DNA of 64,000 nucleotides from an uncultured Deferribacteraceae bacterium (GTDB taxonomy: Bacteria; Chrysiogenota; Deferribacteres; CAMZNJ01), in the NCBI GenBank assembly GCA_947313855.1, contig CAMZNS010000026.1:2141-66140 (forward strand), written 5' to 3'. A program made the translations under genes and the position numbers. Under the pieces are notes generated by a model. That model searched no databases and had not been told where the DNA came from. It was given only the letters and a program-made list of their open reading frames with translations. Positions 1-9,341 of the stretch are shown here, in pieces. Position 1 is the first letter of the stretch; each line of letters starts with the position of its first letter.

Positions 1-22
1 GGTTCGAGTTACGGTTAGTGCC

Positions 23-1888
23 ATGCCTGATTTTGGCGACAACTCATCGGGCACCCTGATTGCTTCCCCCCGCGTTGATTCGTTCGAGATGTCTGTTGGT
101 TACTCCATGGTCGAGGGTGAGAATACCCTGTTCGCCAACTTAACATCCACAACCATCCCCACGCGTGCCCCCTACAACCACAATGCTTGCAACACAGGTG
201 CCGACTCCATAGCACGGTACCCGTTCTTCATCATCGGTGATATGGATATCGACGATGCAACTTTCGGCGTAAAGCGAACATACACCATGGGAGCGAAAGT
301 ACATGTAACTGAGCAAAATATGGCCATGGGTAGCGGTAGCGTAACAGTATTCTGCTACGACCTAGAAAACGGTGGTGCTCCTGAGGGCTCATCCCTTATC
401 CTTGACCTAGGTGCAAACGGGAAACGGGTGGTGGATATCCCCACAGAGAAGCCACGACAAATTAGATGGACGCAAGAGGCGTTCCTCTCCTTTGGGCTGT
501 CAAGGCGAGTGGACGCCGATGGCGACGGATACTACGACTACGCAACATACCCCATGGGGATTCTAACAACAACCCCCGACAATGCACGATTCAACATTGT
601 TGCAGGTGCGGTAGATAGTAGCGATCCGTTTAGCGTCGAAATAGTGGGGAACGAAGTGCGGGTCTACTTGGACAAAACCACCAGAATCGTGGATGTGCTA
701 AACAGCGATGGTAGCGTTAAGGTGGACGCCAACGGCAATCCCATTACCGAAGAGGTAGTTAAGTATCTACCCAAAGGGGCGGGACGGGAGGTAAGGCTCA
801 GCTTCATGGACAGCAGTGGGGCGATGGACAATGCTACAGTATTCCTTGGGGCTCTAGAAACGGAAAAGGAGGTTTCTGAGGGGAAGATAGACTCAGTAAC
901 CTACGACAGTGCCTGTTCGCCAAACACAACCATACACTTTGCCGCACTAGAGGTTGATCCTGCTTACACACACTATGTTCGCGTGTTGAATACGCCGCAA
1001 GGGGCGTTTGAGTTCCACGAGAGCACCGCCAGCATTGGCAGGATTACAGGGTGCAGTGAGGGGGAGAAGACAGAAGTCAACGTACTACTTGGACTAGACA
1101 TGACCACATGGATTATTACCAACACCAAGGTGCGGTGGGCAGGGGAACACTACATAGGGGGCACGGTAAGACGTGGTAGTGTGGAGAGGCGTTACTTCCT
1201 GAAAAGCCAAGTTGTAAACTACGACGTTGCTGGGAACAACAAAGGACCCATCGACGTTTCCGGCGGATCACTATCCTACAGACTGGAACGCGTAATGGGC
1301 TACTACACCTTCTCGGAAGTAAGCACAGGCACATCGGGGGTAAGGGTTGAATCATACTGCAGAGAGGATGGTGCCCTTGGAGACTGTGACGTGACTATCG
1401 GTGCGGACGAAAATTATCGTCAAGGGGTTGTGGTTATTCCGGAGCAAACAGTATTGTTCAAGCCGATGGTGGCAGAGATATCCGCCCAAGTCAACCTGAA
1501 CGGACATCTCAGCCAACCAACAACATACGTGCTCTACAACTACAAGCTAGAGGTATCAACCAGTAGCGACCCAAATGTTGGCGACGGAACCATTGTGGCT
1601 GGCTTGTACACCGACCTGTGTGCTAATTTGGGGGAGGGCACAATGGCTGTATTCACGGGGGTGCCAAAGGAGTTTGCATCGGCGATTACTGACAACGCAA
1701 ACAACCTCGTCGGGGTAACACGAAGGGAGAGTTATACGGGGCGAACCGATGGCGACATTGTGGCGTTCTGCTATGTGGCAGGTAGTGCGGTGCGTGGGAG
1801 TGTGTTGGAGGTTAAGGGGAACATGGATGTTAAGTCCGGCACGGGTGCACCAACTCAGGTAACGTTGGCGAAGGTGCAGGTGCCTTAG
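23..1888 (+). CDS. Hypothetical large protein. It may be 5'-partial because the reading frame is open to the window start. It is Gly/Val/Asp/Ser-rich and carries a DADGDGYYD (DxDxDG, Ca-binding-like) motif. I recognise no known domain.
   Basis: A 621-aa ORF with no stop between position 2 and the first ATG. Its codon and amino-acid composition is unlike the T/N/A-C-rich neighbours. The DxDxDG motif lies near residue 170. Confidence 0.45.
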   Translation: MPDFGDNSSGTLIASPRVDSFEMSVGYSMVEGENTLFANLTSTTIPTRAPYNHNACNTGADSIARYPFFIIGDMDIDDATFGVKRTYTMGAKVHVTEQNMAMGSGSVTVFCYDLENGGAPEGSSLILDLGANGKRVVDIPTEKPRQIRWTQEAFLSFGLSRRVDADGDGYYDYATYPMGILTTTPDNARFNIVAGAVDSSDPFSVEIVGNEVRVYLDKTTRIVDVLNSDGSVKVDANGNPITEEVVKYLPKGAGREVRLSFMDSSGAMDNATVFLGALETEKEVSEGKIDSVTYDSACSPNTTIHFAALEVDPAYTHYVRVLNTPQGAFEFHESTASIGRITGCSEGEKTEVNVLLGLDMTTWIITNTKVRWAGEHYIGGTVRRGSVERRYFLKSQVVNYDVAGNNKGPIDVSGGSLSYRLERVMGYYTFSEVSTGTSGVRVESYCREDGALGDCDVTIGADENYRQGVVVIPEQTVLFKPMVAEISAQVNLNGHLSQPTTYVLYNYKLEVSTSSDPNVGDGTIVAGLYTDLCANLGEGTMAVFTGVPKEFASAITDNANNLVGVTRRESYTGRTDGDIVAFCYVAGSAVRGSVLEVKGNMDVKSGTGAPTQVTLAKVQVP

Positions 1889-1889
1889 G

Positions 1890-2090
1890 CGAGGTGCGTG
1901 CGTGTTCCGCGGGGTGCGTGCGTGTGCGTGTGCGTGTGCGTTCCGCGAGGTGCGTGCGTGCGTGTGCGTGCGTGTGCGTGTGCGTGTGCGTTCCGCGAGG
2001 TGCGTGCGTGTGCGTGTGTGTTCCGCGAGGTGCGTGCGTGTGCGTGTGCGTGTGCGTTCCGCGAGGTGCGAGATCCGTACCCCCCTCAGA
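1890..2090. repeat. Compound minisatellite: TTCCGCGAGGTGCGTGCGTG followed by (TGCGTG)n. It is alternating purine-pyrimidine and therefore Z-DNA prone.
   Basis: About five unit copies can be read directly in the sequence. They lie between the convergent stops of the first ORF and neuB. Confidence 0.9.
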
Positions 2091-3213
2091 CAAGGTTGTC
2101 TAGGCTGATGCGATCCCCCCGTTTCAGGGGTTTATTCGTTTGTCGTCCGAGTATGCTGTGGTAGTATTTGGGGTGCAGAGACAGTCCCGGTCTTACGATT
2201 GCTGTGTTGTGTGTTGAGATTGTTCCCCCCTTGGGTATGTCCTGCGAGATGTACACCGATCGCCCCCCCGTTTGTGCTGCTTCTTTGCCGTTCCATGGGT
2301 AGTCGTCATTTTCTTTGTAGTTTTGAGTTTTTGGTTCCGCCATGGTTTTGCGAACATTTCTGATTGCGTCAATGGTAGTTTTGAGTTCGTTTGGGTCCAG
2401 TGAGAACTGTGAATCGGCTGTTTGCATCGATCTGTCGAGTATTACATGTTTTTCGATAACCACTGCTCCGAGTGCTGTTGCGACCATGGGTGCGACCACG
2501 AGTTGTTGTTTGTCGGTGCTGTAGGAGTGGTCAGAGAGTCCTACTGGTGTGTGGAACTGTTGTTGTAGTTGTGAGATGTGGTTGAGTTGTAGTGTTTCGG
2601 GTGTTGCGGGGTAAGCCGATGTGCATTTCATCAGTATGATTTGGTAGTTGCCGGCTTTGTGGCAGATATTGATGGCACGTTGTATATCTTCGCTGTTGGC
2701 GATGCCTGTTGAGATGAGGATAGGTTTGCCTGTTTCGGCAACTTGTTTGATGAGTGTTAGGTGTCTGATTTCGTACGATGCGATTTTGTATGCGATAGCG
2801 TTGAGAGATTGTAGTAGTTCGACCCCTTGTTTGTCGAAAGGAGTTGAGAATATGTGTAGTTTTAGGTCTTTTGCGGCGTTGAATAGAGTTTGGTGCCATT
2901 CCCAAGGCATTGCGTTTTCTTTGAATAGTTGGTAGTAGGTTTTGCCGTCCCAGACGGAGTTTTGAGCAATGTGGAAGTCGTTGTTGTCCACATCGAGGGT
3001 GAGTGATTCGGCTTTGTATGTTTGTAGTTTGATTGCTTGTGCCCCGGCGTTTTTGATTTCACGCATGGTTTTTAGGGCTATGTCGAGGGATTGTTTGTGG
3101 TTGACGGATAGTTCGCCGATGAAGTAGACGTCGTGGTTTGAGCCTATGGGGGTGTTGCCGATTTTGAGGTTGTTGTGTAGTTGTTGTTGTGCCTCAGGGT
3201 ACTGTTGTGTCAT
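2086..3213 (-). CDS. neuB: N-acetylneuraminate / pseudaminic / legionaminic acid synthase (NeuB family) with a C-terminal SAF (antifreeze-like) domain.
   Basis: The N-terminal TIM-barrel motif YFIGELSVNHKQSLDIALKTMREIKNAGAQAIKLQTYK matches NeuB/PseI. The C-terminus GRSVYISQDIPKGGTISTHNTAIVRPG...RGDRISLDNL is a SAF domain. The family call is firm; the exact sugar specificity is not. Confidence 0.8.
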   Translation of the reverse strand: MTQQYPEAQQQLHNNLKIGNTPIGSNHDVYFIGELSVNHKQSLDIALKTMREIKNAGAQAIKLQTYKAESLTLDVDNNDFHIAQNSVWDGKTYYQLFKENAMPWEWHQTLFNAAKDLKLHIFSTPFDKQGVELLQSLNAIAYKIASYEIRHLTLIKQVAETGKPILISTGIANSEDIQRAINICHKAGNYQIILMKCTSAYPATPETLQLNHISQLQQQFHTPVGLSDHSYSTDKQQLVVAPMVATALGAVVIEKHVILDRSMQTADSQFSLDPNELKTTIDAIRNVRKTMAEPKTQNYKENDDYPWNGKEAAQTGGRSVYISQDIPKGGTISTHNTAIVRPGLSLHPKYYHSILGRQTNKPLKRGDRISLDNLV

Positions 3214-3240
3214 GGCATTACCCCCATGGTTCGGTTGTGT

Positions 3241-4314
3241 TTATTTTTTATTTTTGTTATCGAACCCTAGTAGGTTTTCGACAATATCGTTTGTGGTTTG
3301 TGTGGGCAGGGGAATGTATCCTAGTTTTAGGAGGTAGTCGTCGCCATTTTCGAAGCTCCATTTGAAGAAAGAGGCGATATTTTTGGCATCGGGTGAGTTT
3401 GCGTTAATGACAGCGTAGGTTGGTGTAACGATGGGCCATGTGTTGTCGCCGGGTAGGTTAACGAGCGATGCTTGGTAACCGTTAGCTTTGTCCCAGTTAG
3501 CGTTGGCTGCAGTTGCGGTGATGGTTTTTTTATTTGCTTTGACCTTGTGTCCATTTAGGTTAATGATTTGCGGTATGTCCATTTTGGATAGTTCGGCGAA
3601 GGATAGTTCGACGTATCCGATGCTGTTGCGGATTTTTTTAACTTGAGCGTTTACGCCTTCGTTCCCTTTGGCACCGACGCCTACAGGCCAAGGTATGACT
3701 TTGTCTTTGCCGTATTTATTTTTCCATAGTGATGATGTTGATGAGAGGTAGTCTGTGAAGGCGTACGTTGTACCGGAGCCGTCGGAGCGGTGTATGACAA
3801 CGATTGTTGCGTCAGGTAGTTTTAGGTTTGGGTTTAGGCTTGTGATGCTTTTGTCTTTCCAGTTGGTGATTTGTCCTGCATAGATGCGTGAGATGATGTC
3901 GCCGTTGAGGACGAGTTTGTTGCCGTCCACGCCTACAATATTGGCTACAATGACGATTGCTCCTGTGAGTGTGGGGAACTGTACGAATTTGTATTTTTGT
4001 AGTTCGTCGTTATTGAGGGGAGCGTCTGTTCCTGCGAAGGAGACTTCTCCAGAGATGATGGCGTTGATTCCGGCACTAGATCCGATGGATTGGTAGTTGA
4101 TTGTGTTTTTGGTTTCTTTTTTGTAGTAGTAGGCCCAGGTGGAGTATGCGGGGTATGCGAAGCTTGCACCGGCACCGTTGATGGTGTGTTTTTTCCCTGC
4201 GGCAGTTGCAGTTGCAGTTGTGAGTGTTAGGGTGAGTAGTGTTACGCTAAAGAGTAGCACGGGTATGATTAGTAGTCGTGTATTTATGGTGGTTAATATT
4301 TTCGTTGTGGTCAT
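3241..4314 (-). CDS. pstS: Phosphate ABC transporter substrate-binding protein PstS, with a signal peptide. It is an orphan: no pstCAB follows.
   Basis: The motif GAGASFAYPAYSTWAY and overall similarity to PstS/SphX. A GGAGGA Shine-Dalgarno lies 6 nt upstream of the ATG at 4314. Confidence 0.85.
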   Translation of the reverse strand: MTTTKILTTINTRLLIIPVLLFSVTLLTLTLTTATATAAGKKHTINGAGASFAYPAYSTWAYYYKKETKNTINYQSIGSSAGINAIISGEVSFAGTDAPLNNDELQKYKFVQFPTLTGAIVIVANIVGVDGNKLVLNGDIISRIYAGQITNWKDKSITSLNPNLKLPDATIVVIHRSDGSGTTYAFTDYLSSTSSLWKNKYGKDKVIPWPVGVGAKGNEGVNAQVKKIRNSIGYVELSFAELSKMDIPQIINLNGHKVKANKKTITATAANANWDKANGYQASLVNLPGDNTWPIVTPTYAVINANSPDAKNIASFFKWSFENGDDYLLKLGYIPLPTQTTNDIVENLLGFDNKNKK

Positions 4315-4423
4315 GTTTAGTCCTCCGACGTAAAATAGTTATAAATACTAGTTTTGCCTGTGTAAAGTCTCCCTTTGTTAGTTATTAATTTCACGCTTAA
4401 GTTAGGTGATAACGGTTGTTTTG

Positions 4424-7400
4424 TCAAGCATTAAAATTTGTATGTTTCTGTTTAGTGTTCGTGTTGGCGTTGGGTGTTAGTGTGACGTTGTGTGGTTCGA
4501 GTATGTCTGCAAGGGTTGTGATTAGTTTGGGTGAGATGTTGATTTTTTGTGTTAGGGTTTGAGTTGCGATTAGGGCTTTGGGTTGTTTGTTGTGTTTTTC
4601 TTTTGCCACCCTTAGGACTACTTTGGTGCGGCCGGTGTTGTTTGCGAGTAGTTTGTTTAGTTTGTTGAGAGTATTTTTCAGTTGTTGTTCGTTTGTTTGG
4701 CTGATGTTGATTGTGAGAGTGAGTTGTCGAGTATTTTGTATGATCCCCTCTTGTAGTGGGTAGATTGCGTTCGGTTTGAGAGTTGGTCGATCGTCGTTGG
4801 TTGCGACTTCGCCGTTGATGAAGATTAGTGTGTCCATGGTCATGAGTTGTTCGACAGCTTGGAAGAGTCCGGGGAATATGGGCATTGTGAGTTCAGTTGC
4901 CACGTCTTCGATTTTGATAATTGCCATTGGTTTTTTGTCTTTGCGGGTGAAGGTATTTTTGACTTCGGTGATAATCCCTGCGATGCCTACGTGTGTTCCG
5001 ACATTGATGTTGCCTAGTTGTTTTATGGGTGTTGCGACTTTGTTGAGTATGGTTAGGTATTCGCCTAGGGGGTGTCCTGTGAGGTAGATTCCGAGCGCTT
5101 CTTTCTCTTTGAGGAGTAGTTCGATGCGTGAGAATTCCACGTCGTCGCCGTAGTCGAAGTGGTCGATGAGCCCTCGTGTTTGTTGGTTATTGTTGTTGTT
5201 GTCGTTGTCGTTGTCGTTGTTGTCGTCGTTGTTGTCGTTGTTGTCGTCCATGGCGAACAGCATATCGAGACTGCTCCCTAGGTTTTTGATGTTGTTGTTT
5301 CGTCCTTGAGCCTCTTTCATGGCGTCGGGCAGAGCTTCCAGTAGTTGTTTACGTTTTTTCCCTGTCCAGTCAAAGCTCCCTGCTTTGATGAGTGATTCCA
5401 CCCCTTTTTTGTTAACTTTTTTGTTATCGATTCGGTTTAGGAAGTCCATGAAGGATAAGAAGTCGCCGTTTTGGTTCCGTTCGTTTTCGATATTTGTTAC
5501 GGAGTCCATTCCGATCCCTTTGATTCCTGCGAGTCCGAAAACGATGTTGCCATGGAGTGCAGAGAATTGTGCTTGTGATCTGTTAACGTTTGGTGGTAGA
5601 ACGTTGATGTTCATGGGTTTGCATGCGGCGATGAAGTAGGCGATTCGGTCGCTGTTGTTGATTGCGACGCTGAGTAGAGCGGTCATGTATTCGACGCTGT
5701 AGTTTGCTTTGAGGTATGCGGTTTGGTATGCGATGATTCCGTACGCAGCTGAGTGTGATTTGTTGAATCCGTATTCGGCGAATTTTTCCATGAGGTCGAA
5801 TATTTCGTTTGAGAGTTTCGGGTCGAACCCGAGTTTGATTGCACCGTCGATGTTGAGTTCGCTGTTACCGTGGATAAACATTTCGCGTTGTTTTGCCATC
5901 TCTTCGGCTTTTTTCTTTCCCATGGCACGTCTCAAGAGGTCGGCGGCACCGAGAGAGTATCCTGCGAGTCGTTGTGCAACTTGCATGACCTGTTCTTGGT
6001 AGACGATGATGCCGTAAGTTTCTTCGAGGAATTCTTTGAGTTCGGGTAGGTAGTATGTTGCTTCTTCTTGTCCGTGTTTTCGTCGGACGTAACTGTCGAG
6101 CATCCCTGAACCGATGGGTCCGGGTCGGTAGAGTGCGACAACGGCGACGATGTCGTTGATGTGAGTGGGTTTGAGTTTGCGGAGTAGTTGACGCATCCCT
6201 TCGCTTTCGAGTTGGAACACGCCACTTGTGTCCCCTTTGGTCATGAGTTCGTAGGTTTTGGCATCGTCGTAAGGTATGTTTGCGATGTTGAAGTTTGGTG
6301 TGTGTTTTTGAATGAGTTTGGCTGCAACGTCGATATTTGTGAGGTTTGCTAGTCCTAGGAAGTCGAATTTGATGAGTCCGATGGATTCGGCAGTATCTTT
6401 TTCGTATTGTGAGGCGGCCATGTCAGCGAGAATGTTTGAGCTGGAGGCAGAGGATCGTATTTTGGTGAGGGGGCAGTATTCGACTAGTGGTTTGTCGGCG
6501 ATGAGTACTCCAGCGGCGTGTGTGCCTGCTTGTCGGAAGAGTCCTTCGAGTTTGAGGGAGTGTTTGAGAAGTTCGTCGCCATGTTCTTCGTTTAGGAAGT
6601 CGTCTTCGAGGTTGGGTACCTCTTCGAGTGCACGAACGAGGGTCATTCCGGGTGCGACGGGGATTTTTTTGCTTAGTTTGTTGACCACGGTGAGGGGTAC
6701 ATCGAGTACGCGGCCCACATCGCGAATTATCCCTTTGGCGAGTAGTTTGGAGAATGTGACGATTTGTGTAACATTTTCGTTGCCGTACTTGTTGTAGACG
6801 TATTGAATGACGCGGTCACGCCCTTCGATGCAGAAGTCGATATCGAAGTCGGGCATAGAAGTTCGTTCGGGGTTAAGGAATCGTTCGAAGAGTAGTCCAA
6901 ACTTGATGGGGTCGACCTCTGTAATGCCCATGGAGTAGGCGATGAGTGATCCTGCCCCCGATCCTCTTCCGGGTCCAACAACAACGTCGTTCTCTTTCGA
7001 CCATTTGACGAAATCCCATACGATGAGGAAGTAGCCGACGAATCCTTTGTCGCGGATAATATCTGCTTCGAACTTGAGTCGGTCACGGTATTCTTGGTGT
7101 GTTTCGGGTGGGATATTGTCTTTGGTGAAGATATTTTCCAGTCCTTGTGTTGCTACTTGTAGGAAGAAGTCTTCTTGTGTGGATCCATCGGGAGTGGGGA
7201 AAGCTGGCAGGTGTAGGTTTCCGAATGTGAAGTCGACGGTGCATCGTTGTGCAATGGCGATGGTATTTTCCAGAGCTTGTGGGTGTGTTTTGCCGAAGCT
7301 TTGGTACATCTCTTGTGGTGATTTGACGTAGAGGGCGGTGCTGTGAGCCTCCATTTTGTTTGGGTCGTTGATTTTCGAGCCGGTTTGTATGCAAACGAGT

Positions 7401-8119
7401 ACGTTGTGCGAGTCGTGGTCGTCTTTGTCGAGGAAGTGGGCGTCGTTTGTTGCGACGAGCGGAATACCTGTTTCTTGTGAGATACGCACTATTTGTTCGT
7501 TGACTTCGTACTGTTCGGTTATACCGTTGTCTTGCATTTCGAGGAAGTAGTTTCCGTCGCCTAGGATTTCGTTGAAGTCTTTGGCACATTGTAGGGCAGC
7601 GTGGTAGTTGTTGTTGAGTAGGTGTTGCGGTATTTCGCCGCCCAAGCATCCTGAGAGTCCGATGAGTCCTTTGGCGTGTTGTTTGAGTACTTCGCGATCG
7701 ATTCGTGGTTTGTAGTAGAATCCTTCGAGTTGGGCGATGGTTGCGAGTTTTTGTAGGTTGATGAGTCCTTCGCCATTTTCGGCGAGTAGTCCCATGTGGT
7801 AGGAGTGTTTTTCGCCTCTGAGGTAGTTTGTTTTTGTTCTGCTGTCGGGTGCGATGTAGACTTCGCATCCGATAATGGGTTTGATGCCGGCGTTTTTCAT
7901 GGTTTTGTAGAAATCGATTACGCCGTACATTGTGCCATGGTCGGTGATGGCACATGCTTCCATCCCCATTTCGTTGAGTCGTTTGGCGAGTTTTTTGATA
8001 TTGATGGCACCGTCGAGGAAGGAGTATTGCGTGTGTAGGTGTAGGTGCACAAATTTGGTTTGGATGTTGTTGTCCAGAGTGTTGGTATCTGGTTCTGTGT
8101 TGTCTAGGTTGTTGTCCAT
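4424..8119 (-). CDS. dnaE: DNA polymerase III alpha subunit DnaE (PHP, polymerase and OB domains) with a low-complexity D/N-rich insertion.
   Basis: PHP motif FVHLHLHTQYSFLDGA..ITDHGTMYG. The protein is 1231 aa with a typical DnaE core. The insertion reads DDNNDNNDDNNDNDNDNNNNNQQ and is encoded by the (GTTGTC)n tract near 5170-5260. Confidence 0.95.
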   Translation of the reverse strand: MDNNLDNTEPDTNTLDNNIQTKFVHLHLHTQYSFLDGAINIKKLAKRLNEMGMEACAITDHGTMYGVIDFYKTMKNAGIKPIIGCEVYIAPDSRTKTNYLRGEKHSYHMGLLAENGEGLINLQKLATIAQLEGFYYKPRIDREVLKQHAKGLIGLSGCLGGEIPQHLLNNNYHAALQCAKDFNEILGDGNYFLEMQDNGITEQYEVNEQIVRISQETGIPLVATNDAHFLDKDDHDSHNVLVCIQTGSKINDPNKMEAHSTALYVKSPQEMYQSFGKTHPQALENTIAIAQRCTVDFTFGNLHLPAFPTPDGSTQEDFFLQVATQGLENIFTKDNIPPETHQEYRDRLKFEADIIRDKGFVGYFLIVWDFVKWSKENDVVVGPGRGSGAGSLIAYSMGITEVDPIKFGLLFERFLNPERTSMPDFDIDFCIEGRDRVIQYVYNKYGNENVTQIVTFSKLLAKGIIRDVGRVLDVPLTVVNKLSKKIPVAPGMTLVRALEEVPNLEDDFLNEEHGDELLKHSLKLEGLFRQAGTHAAGVLIADKPLVEYCPLTKIRSSASSSNILADMAASQYEKDTAESIGLIKFDFLGLANLTNIDVAAKLIQKHTPNFNIANIPYDDAKTYELMTKGDTSGVFQLESEGMRQLLRKLKPTHINDIVAVVALYRPGPIGSGMLDSYVRRKHGQEEATYYLPELKEFLEETYGIIVYQEQVMQVAQRLAGYSLGAADLLRRAMGKKKAEEMAKQREMFIHGNSELNIDGAIKLGFDPKLSNEIFDLMEKFAEYGFNKSHSAAYGIIAYQTAYLKANYSVEYMTALLSVAINNSDRIAYFIAACKPMNINVLPPNVNRSQAQFSALHGNIVFGLAGIKGIGMDSVTNIENERNQNGDFLSFMDFLNRIDNKKVNKKGVESLIKAGSFDWTGKKRKQLLEALPDAMKEAQGRNNNIKNLGSSLDMLFAMDDNNDNNDDNNDNDNDNNNNNQQTRGLIDHFDYGDDVEFSRIELLLKEKEALGIYLTGHPLGEYLTILNKVATPIKQLGNINVGTHVGIAGIITEVKNTFTRKDKKPMAIIKIEDVATELTMPIFPGLFQAVEQLMTMDTLIFINGEVATNDDRPTLKPNAIYPLQEGIIQNTRQLTLTINISQTNEQQLKNTLNKLNKLLANNTGRTKVVLRVAKEKHNKQPKALIATQTLTQKINISPKLITTLADILEPHNVTLTPNANTNTKQKHTNFNA

Positions 8120-8158
8120 GGTTTGTTGTTCCGTGTTGAGTTTGTTGTTAGTGCTGTT

Positions 8159-8806
8159 CTAGTGTTTTGGTTTGTTGCTAGCGTTGTTGGTTGTGTCTTT
8201 TGGTATTGGGTAGTCGTCTTCTTTGGCACGTTTTTTGATGGATTTGATAATTTTTTCACGACGAGAGTGTTCGAGTCGTTGTAGGAATAGAATTCCGTCG
8301 AGGTGGTCGTGTTCGTGTTGTAGTATTCGTGCTAGGAATCCGCCTGCGTAGATGGTGAAGGTTTTGCCTTCGAGGTTTTGTGCGGTGATGGACACGTATT
8401 CGGGTCGCATAACGTGTCCCCATTCGCCGGGTATGGAGAGGCATCCCTCTTCGAGTAGTATGTTTTCGGGTTGTTTGAGGTGGTTGTGTTTTTGTTGTTC
8501 GCAAGGGTAGCAGTGTTCGTCGTTGGTTGCGAGTTTGGGGTTATGTTGGAAGAATTCGTCGCATGAGGACACTGTGATTACGGGGTTGATGTAGTGTTTG
8601 ATGTCTTTGCGTTCACCACTTTCGCATGTGATGAATAGTCGCACGGGTGATCCGACTTGAATGGCGGCTAGTCCGGCACCGTTGTGGTGTTGGACAGTGT
8701 CTTCCATGTTTCGTGCTAGTGTGATGATATTGTTGTTGATGTGTGTGATGGTTTCAGATTTTTGTCTGAGTAGCGGGTCGGGGTAGTAGATAATCGGCAG
8801 AACCAT
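8159..8806 (-). CDS. def: Peptide deformylase with a ~45-aa basic C-terminal extension.
   Basis: Motifs GLAAIQVG, EGCLSIPG and QHEHDHLDG are present. The protein is 215 aa versus about 170 typical. Confidence 0.9.
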   Translation of the reverse strand: MVLPIIYYPDPLLRQKSETITHINNNIITLARNMEDTVQHHNGAGLAAIQVGSPVRLFITCESGERKDIKHYINPVITVSSCDEFFQHNPKLATNDEHCYPCEQQKHNHLKQPENILLEEGCLSIPGEWGHVMRPEYVSITAQNLEGKTFTIYAGGFLARILQHEHDHLDGILFLQRLEHSRREKIIKSIKKRAKEDDYPIPKDTTNNASNKPKH

Positions 8807-8854
8807 GTTGTTTTCCTCGTTATTTCCCTTGTTATTTTTGAATGGTTGTGGTGT

Positions 8855-9307
8855 TTAGAGTTCTAGTTCGTAGAGTGTTAGGTATGATTTCATTGCGTTG
8901 TGGAATTTATCTCGCACTTTGGCGGAGTGTATCTGTTTGGCGAGGTTGTTTGCGAATCGCAGTTCCATGTCGAGTGGTTGACGTCGGGTGATATTTTCGG
9001 ATTCGGTGTATGTTGGTTGTTGTGTAGTTTCGGGCAGTGCTGGTAGGTAGACGAGTTTGAGTTGTTTGATATCGGGGTAGAATTTTTTTGCACGTTGAAT
9101 TAGGTCTTTTTCGAGGTACGGTAGTTCGGAGATGAGGTATTGGTGTCTCACGCCTATGAATAGTGTGGCGTTGTCGTATCGGTATGCGAAGGTGTCTTTG
9201 GTGAGTGTTGCCCCGGCGACACGATTCCACATACTCCATAGGGAGAGTGTTTGTTTGCACCATGAGTCTTCGCTAAGGATGTCGGATACGCGTGTCATGT
9301 TTGCCAT
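8855..9307 (-). CDS. dciA: DUF721 / DciA-like protein, a putative replicative helicase loader.
   Basis: The pattern W..VAG..L.K.T.......L.I.V.....SEL..L...L......P.I..LK.V..P matches the DUF721 consensus. The protein is 150 aa. Confidence 0.5.
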   Translation of the reverse strand: MANMTRVSDILSEDSWCKQTLSLWSMWNRVAGATLTKDTFAYRYDNATLFIGVRHQYLISELPYLEKDLIQRAKKFYPDIKQLKLVYLPALPETTQQPTYTESENITRRQPLDMELRFANNLAKQIHSAKVRDKFHNAMKSYLTLYELEL

Positions 9308-9341
9308 TGAGTTGTTGTTCTCCTGAGGTGTGTGTTGCGGT

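Noticed and set aside
1-30. GGTTCGAGT at the window start as a tRNA T-arm.
   Set aside because: The flanking sequence does not form an acceptor stem or T-loop (no following CC…ACCA context). It lies inside an open protein reading frame.
1890-2090. A CRISPR array interpretation of the many tandem repeat blocks.
   Set aside because: The repeats are contiguous micro- and minisatellites with no unique spacers of constant length. No cas genes are present.
7083-7955. Long antisense ORFs rich in Arg, Cys, Pro or Thr on the strand opposite real genes. Examples are 7083-7955, 22004-22561, 18669-19394, 26577-27032, 43246-43752 and 56427-56855.
   Set aside because: They are artefacts of the strong GT/AC strand skew, which leaves few stop codons on the AC-rich strand. 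They have no motifs, they overlap well-supported genes, and their composition is extremely biased.
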